Below are positions 58,391 to 64,000 of a stretch of DNA of 64,000 nt, one piece after another (positions within the stretch are counted from its first letter, which is position 1; each line of letters begins with the position of its first letter). This DNA comes from Prorocentrum cordatum. Lineage: Eukaryota. The DNA is taken from assembly GCA_963575745.1 (NCBI GenBank), contig CAUYUJ010000031.1, positions 1 to 64,000 on the forward strand, given 5' to 3'. A program made the translations under genes and the position numbers. Under the pieces are notes generated by a model. It saw only the letters and a program-made list of their open reading frames with translations. It was not told the DNA's origin and made no database searches.

Positions 58391-61300
58391 CCATTCCCCG
58401 TCGTTCCATTTTTTCGTCTGCGCGCGTGCGTGGACGGGCCGAGTGTGACCGTTCGCCACCTCCAATTGCCCGCTCTGCGTCGCGCGCGCGTTGGGAGTGC
58501 GCGCGGGGAAGGGAGAAACAGAGAGGGAGTGAGCGAGAGAGACAGAGAGCAACCGCTGCGTCATCATGTCCCCGAACCACTTTGGGCGCGCAGGGTCCGA
58601 GAGGGCATCCGCTACCCATCCCAGTTCTCTGAGCATTGTGTATGGGAGTGTATAAGAGCAGCCGCATCCCCCTCCCACTTCCTCTTAGCGCACGGCGTTG
58701 AAGCAGTTGCGGTTATACAGTCCCACTCGCATAGATCAGGGGAAATGGGAGGGGTCAGCGGCTGTCCTGTCGCATTCTGCGTGCCCAAAAAACAATGTGG
58801 GGGGGGTGGAAGCGGTGGTGGCACCGACTGCTCTCATTCTCTCTCTCTCTCTCTCGTACTCTTTCTGTTTCTCTCTCTCTCTCTCTGTCGCACCCGTAGG
58901 ACAGGCAGTGGCAGGGGGTGGCAAGTGCCTTCGCACCCTCCGCGCACACGCGCAACCGAAATTTAAAAGGGGCCAGTGGCAGTTTTTTTTTCTTTCTTTC
59001 TTTCTCTCTCTCTCTCGCTCTCTTTCTCGCCCGTGTTTGTTCTCGCTCTCTCTCTCTCTCTCTCTCTTGTTGTCTCGCCCTTTCTTTCGTTATGTGAACA
59101 ACTGCATGCATCCAGCAATCCTTACATCCATACTCCGATATGTACAATTTGAAACAACTTGCATCGAATACAGTTTTGAAACAAACACGTAAGCGTTTTA
59201 ACCTGTAGCGATCACGGGTGTTATAGCAAATTTACATACATAATGTTACAGGTTGCCAACTTGTCCTTAATACGTATGTGCGTATCTATTCATCTACATA
59301 TGTATAGATGTCCCTCCATACGTCGATCACTTAACCTGTATGCGTGGCCGTCCCAGGCACATATGTATATGTGTCTCCCTTTTGCGGCCATGTATTCATG
59401 CAGTTACCCATACGTGTAAGGCGATCGATTCATCCATCCTCGCACGCATAAGTATACATACACACATTACCGGTGTATAACTATATATATGTATGTATAT
59501 CCATATTGCGACAATCCATCTGTCATATATAGTCATGAATCGTTTGCTCGGATTGTTTCCGGACGTCCATACGCATGGACTTATATACATATATACATAT
59601 GTATATATTTACACATCTGTATCCATCTATAGATCTGCATATAGTATGTACGCATGTTTTTTTTAGTGTAGGTCCGCATGTCTATTCGTAAACTCTCATC
59701 AACAGATATACGCGTGCACACTTTTATGCTTTCGTGCCACGGTGTCAACCAAAATGTGTGCATTGCATTTATAGCAGTACAATCATATATACATGTGCCG
59801 ATATATGTGTACATATACATATATATATATACATGCACATCTCTACCATCCATCCACCCATCCATCTATCAATACGCGCGTCCGCACACACATCTATATC
59901 TACACATTGCATATGCGTATCAATACGGTATCCGTATGTGTATGCATAATTGCATTTGCATGTGTAGGTGCATGTGTATGTGCATGTGTATGTATATATG
60001 TGGAGGTATACACATGGACGGCTTTTGTTATATATAAATATATATATATATACATAGCATAGCTGCATATACTTAGTTGTAGACCGCTATGTATGATAGG
60101 TGTTGTTGGGACGCTTCTGCACCGTAGGTAATCAATGTTTAACTCGCCCGTAAAATTAATTCCAGCGTAAGCCGCGCGAACATAAATTTGTATACGATGC
60201 GCACAATAAAAATTAAGCAACTTGTCAGTCCCAAGTTCATGGGACCCGATTGTAAAGCCACCCGTGCCCAAATTGCTTCGGCGCGCCCCGCCTTGAGCTC
60301 GACTGGCGCATTACCGCTTCCGCACCGTTATGACTGCTGAACTCCAAGCGTTTCTCTATAGATGGCCTCCCGGGGCTATACTGCCAAATTCAGGGCTGTG
60401 CGGGCGGAGGTCTCTGGCACGGCAGCGCCCCAGATGCGAGGGGGGCAGGTCTGGCGTCGGCGAGTCGAGCATCGCCTCCGCGGGCAGCACTTGCCGCATC
60501 GGCATGGAGACCTCCCGGAGGGGTGTGGTGTTGGGACTGTTGCCCTATGACTGCACCGCCTCACTTCGATGCCAATCTGAAGGGCTCCTTCCATTTCTGA
60601 GGGCGCATGCCTAAACTTGTCATCGCCTTCGGCTTGCCGATCCTGGGGGTAGGGATATCGTCGAGGCTGGTTCGATTGGAGTCGGTTGAGGGCGTCTGAG
60701 GTGACTTCCCTCTGATTCTGGCCGGCAGAAACCAGACGTCTGACGCATCGGCGAAATCAAGGCGGAGGTGTTTCGCCGACTTCTGCTTCTGCAGGCCTTG
60801 GCCAGGCCTTGGGGCCGCCCACACAAGGGCTCAGGATGAAAAGTCGGTCCCGGGGAGGGCTCGAGCTTTCCGAGGGCCCCGTTTCAAACAAATCTTGGCA
60901 GGCCCTGGGACGGCCAAAAACCGGCTCAGGGTGAAAAGCCGGTCCCGGGGAAGGGTCGAGACCTCCGAGCCTCCCGTCTTGAAGCAGAAGCCAAGACAGC
61001 GGATCTTTGGGCAGGGCGGCGGGCGAAGCGGTTCCCTCGGGGACCCGGTTTTGAACGAGTCTTGACCGCGGATCTCTGGGAGGGGGGGCGGGGGAAAGGG
61101 TCCCCTCGTGGCCACGGCTGGGCTCGGCCGGAAGAGCTCGTCAGTTTCGGACCCCCAGGAGGGGTCTGGGGACCGATGTTGTGCGACGTTGGCTTCGTCC
61201 CCCCCTCCCTCTTGACCGATTCTTTGTCTGAGACTGGAACATATACATTACCAGTGGCGGATTGTTTTCCAATCCCACGACTTTTTAAGGGTCAGGGACG

Positions 61301-62375
61301 ACGTCGGGGTGGTGTGGTGTATACTTTCCCCCCGTTTTCCGAGGGAAACAACGAAAAATGTATACACCAGGATCCCGTATACACCAGGATCCACGTTCCT
61401 GTGCGAATTTCAGCGCAGGGTCGGAAAAAGCGTCGGTGTATAGAGCTCGTTTCCCCACTTTGGGTTTATCCTGCTCGGACCCCATGGCCGCTTCCAACCT
61501 GGTGCTGTTGATGTTGTTGCCGAGCCTTCGCTCTTCTTGCAGGCTGGTTATCGTTGACCTCCCGCCTTGCCTGGCGCGCCCTGGCCTGTCTCGATCAAGG
61601 TGTACAGTGGAGGCCCATGCCAAGAAACACCCTGCTCGCCTCCAGGGTGCCCTGGGTTTCTTGGGCCTCGATGGTTTTGCGATGGAGAGCGCGACGTCCC
61701 CACAACAAAAATCAATTGACGCCCTGGGGTCTCAGGGTTGGGTCGAACGGTTCTTTTGGACTGGCCTCCACTGTATGTGATTGTGTGTGCGTCGACGCCT
61801 TCAGGGATCGAAGTCTGTCCGTGCGGCTTCACCAGGAAGCTGATTGCCTGCCCGCGCTCGCTCTGATCTTGGCAGTCTCTGACCCGGACTCTTGCGTCGG
61901 AGGAAGAGTGTGCGCCTCGACGTTTTGAACCCTCTGCTTTGTCGAGGACGGCCTTGGGAGGGGGTTTTCGTGACCCCCCCTCCTTCCCGGGATTACCGCG
62001 CGGGCTGTCTTCGATGTTTCGTTCCCCCGACCCGCCGTGGGGGAGCCCAACAAAAACCCGTTATGGCTTTAATGATTATGATGCCCTCGCCTCTGATGCG
62101 GTGTCTTCCCCCCTCCAGCTCCGCCCCCCGCTCCTCGCCCTGTCCCTCCTCGCACCTCCTCTCATTTTCCCATTCTCCTTCTCCCCGTCCTCTCGCAGGC
62201 GCAGGATAATAACACCCACGGCTGTTAATCAGAAAGGTGATGTTTTCGTTCCAGCCCTTGCTACTTTGTTTTTGCGCCTCTCGGTTTGGCATGTCGTCGG
62301 CGACCCGATGTTCTTCCTCTTCTGGCCCCAGATCAGTTGTAACATGTTTCTTCTGGCCCCGTATCAGTTGTAACA

Positions 62376-63085
62376 GGGCCCGCCGGGGACGGAGGAGAAC
62401 GGCGGCGAGCTCGACGACGGCGGCCGGCGCCCGGCGGATGTGTATATTCCCCGTTGGCGTAACGGCGCCCTGGCCGCCCTTGACTTCGCGGTCACCTCGG
62501 GGCTGCGGGGCGACTTGCTCGCCGCCTCGGCTGCCGCGCCCGGCGCCGCGGCCGAGCGGTACGAGGAGCAAAAAAGCCACTTCCTCGACACCGAGCGCAG
62601 CTGCGCCGCCGCCGGGATCACCTTCATTCCCATGGTGGTCGAGGCGCACGGCGGCGGCTGGGGCAGGGAGGCGCGACGCGCCCTGGCCGTCCTGGCCAAG
62701 CGCGCGGCGGACGCCACGGGGGACGACCCCTCGCAGGTGGCGGCGGAGCACGCCCAGCGACTCTCGCATCTCCTCCAGAAGGAGAATGCGCGGGCCGTGC
62801 TCCGCAGGCTGCAGGCGCCAGTCGGGGCGCCCGCGGCCAGGCTGGCGGCGGCCACGGCGGCTAGCGCGGCCGACGCCGCCTGAGCCACCGCCCTCCCCTG
62901 ACCGCGACCACTCCCTCCACTGACCACGACCACCGCCCCCGACGCCCTGCCCCGACGACCCCCCCTGGCCTTGGCCACGACGACGACCACCTCCGTCCGC
63001 CCCCTGCTTGCTCTGCGCGGCCCCTGCTGCTTCCCTCCCTCCTTCTGGTCAGCGTCTGTTCGGTGTGTTTTTTCCTCTTGCCCCT
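62376..63085 (+). mobile_element. 5'-truncated CRE/SLACS-like non-LTR element: restriction-like endonuclease domain plus 3' UTR
   Basis: Open frame to TGA 62883 reading RRPADVYIPRW..G..AALDFAVTS...YEEQK...C...GITFIPMVVEAHGGGWG..A...QKENARAVLRR, the PD-(D/E)xK-type RLE signature at the C-terminus of CRE-clade ORFs. Confidence 0.85.
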
Positions 63086-64000
63086 CGTCTTCCTCCTCCT
63101 CCTCCTCCTCCTCCTCCTCCTCCTCCTCCTCCTCCTCCTCCCGGGGCTTGGCGCCGCCGCCGCCCGTCGGCCAGCCCTGCAACAGGGCGATGGCGGCCTC
63201 TGCCTCAGGCGAAGAAGCCCGACGGCAACCGTCGCCTTTGGGCGCGGAGCCCGCCAGGCCGCGCGGCCAGCATAGGGCCCTCCAGCAAGGCGACCACTTG
63301 GGGCGCCGCGCCAAGGAGCGCTTGCGCACGGCCATCGCTCACGGCTTGAGAGTGGTTGTAGATTTAGTGGCACTGCTGGGCGTGATGTCGTCGGTGGATA
63401 GGCCTAGGAATGCTGGGGCGGTCGGTCCATGCTCAAGGAGCAGAGCGAGCGACCTGCGGCGCGCGCCTCTGGGCGGGCAGGCGCTCCAAAGGCCAGCTGC
63501 ATGGCCCCGCCCCCGTGCGTTTGTATTGGTACCATTTCTTCTAAATCAGTGCTGTCAGCACCAGACTGTTGCCTGCAGCATTTGCGAAGCGGAATTGATG
63601 GCATTGGTGGCGGCAAGTTGCGCATCATTTTCCGGGCCTTCCCGACGCAAGCGTTGTGTGTTGTTTATTGTTGACAACACGTTTCTCATCTTCGTTGTTT
63701 CCACGATGATGCGTCCGCATGGCAATACTTTGTTGGGCTTTTCTTATCATTGACCGTGGGTGTAAGTATCCCCCCAACACCAAATTATCCTGGCGAAGGT
63801 CCCAACCATATGCAGTTGTGGGTACCGCAATTGTGAATATCTACTTCGGTGAAGCTCCTTATGGGGCCACGAAGCGCTGCACTGGGCGGGGGGTTTCAGT
63901 TTCCGGGACGCATGCGGACGGTCCCACTGAGGGTTTCGGTGGAGCTCCCTATGGGGCCACGAAGCGCTCTACTGAGTGAGTGAGAGTGCCAAATTGGGTT

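Overview
Repeat-saturated, GC-rich eukaryotic genomic DNA with two 100-N scaffold gaps. A dinoflagellate origin is inferred from the GC-AG introns with AG|G boundaries, the microsatellite load and a DNMT-bearing LINE. Most ORFs in the supplied track are microsatellite or GC-rich artefacts. The real content is: (1) a near full-length but disabled + strand non-LTR retrotransposon (~8.1-17.6 kb) with a coiled-coil ORF1 joined by a TGATG stop/start to an ORF2 ordered RNase H - APE endonuclease - RT - two C2H2 fingers - C5 cytosine methyltransferase, plus a rearranged 3' end; (2) a more decayed head-to-head LINE on the - strand (~3.9-7.8 kb) with the usual C-terminal RNase H; (3) an intact 5'-truncated CRE-like restriction-like-endonuclease fragment at 62.4 kb; (4) a host gene hidden as ~15 phase-compatible small exons (about 15-108 nt, mostly GC donors) from 18.0 to 52.5 kb, encoding a coiled-coil protein with DLSPVVAEI-type repeats and one exon duplicated within a 1.8-kb block; (5) several palindromic MITE-like families, satellites and microsatellites filling the introns. 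All calls were made by eye with no database searches. No rRNA, tRNA or CRISPR was found.
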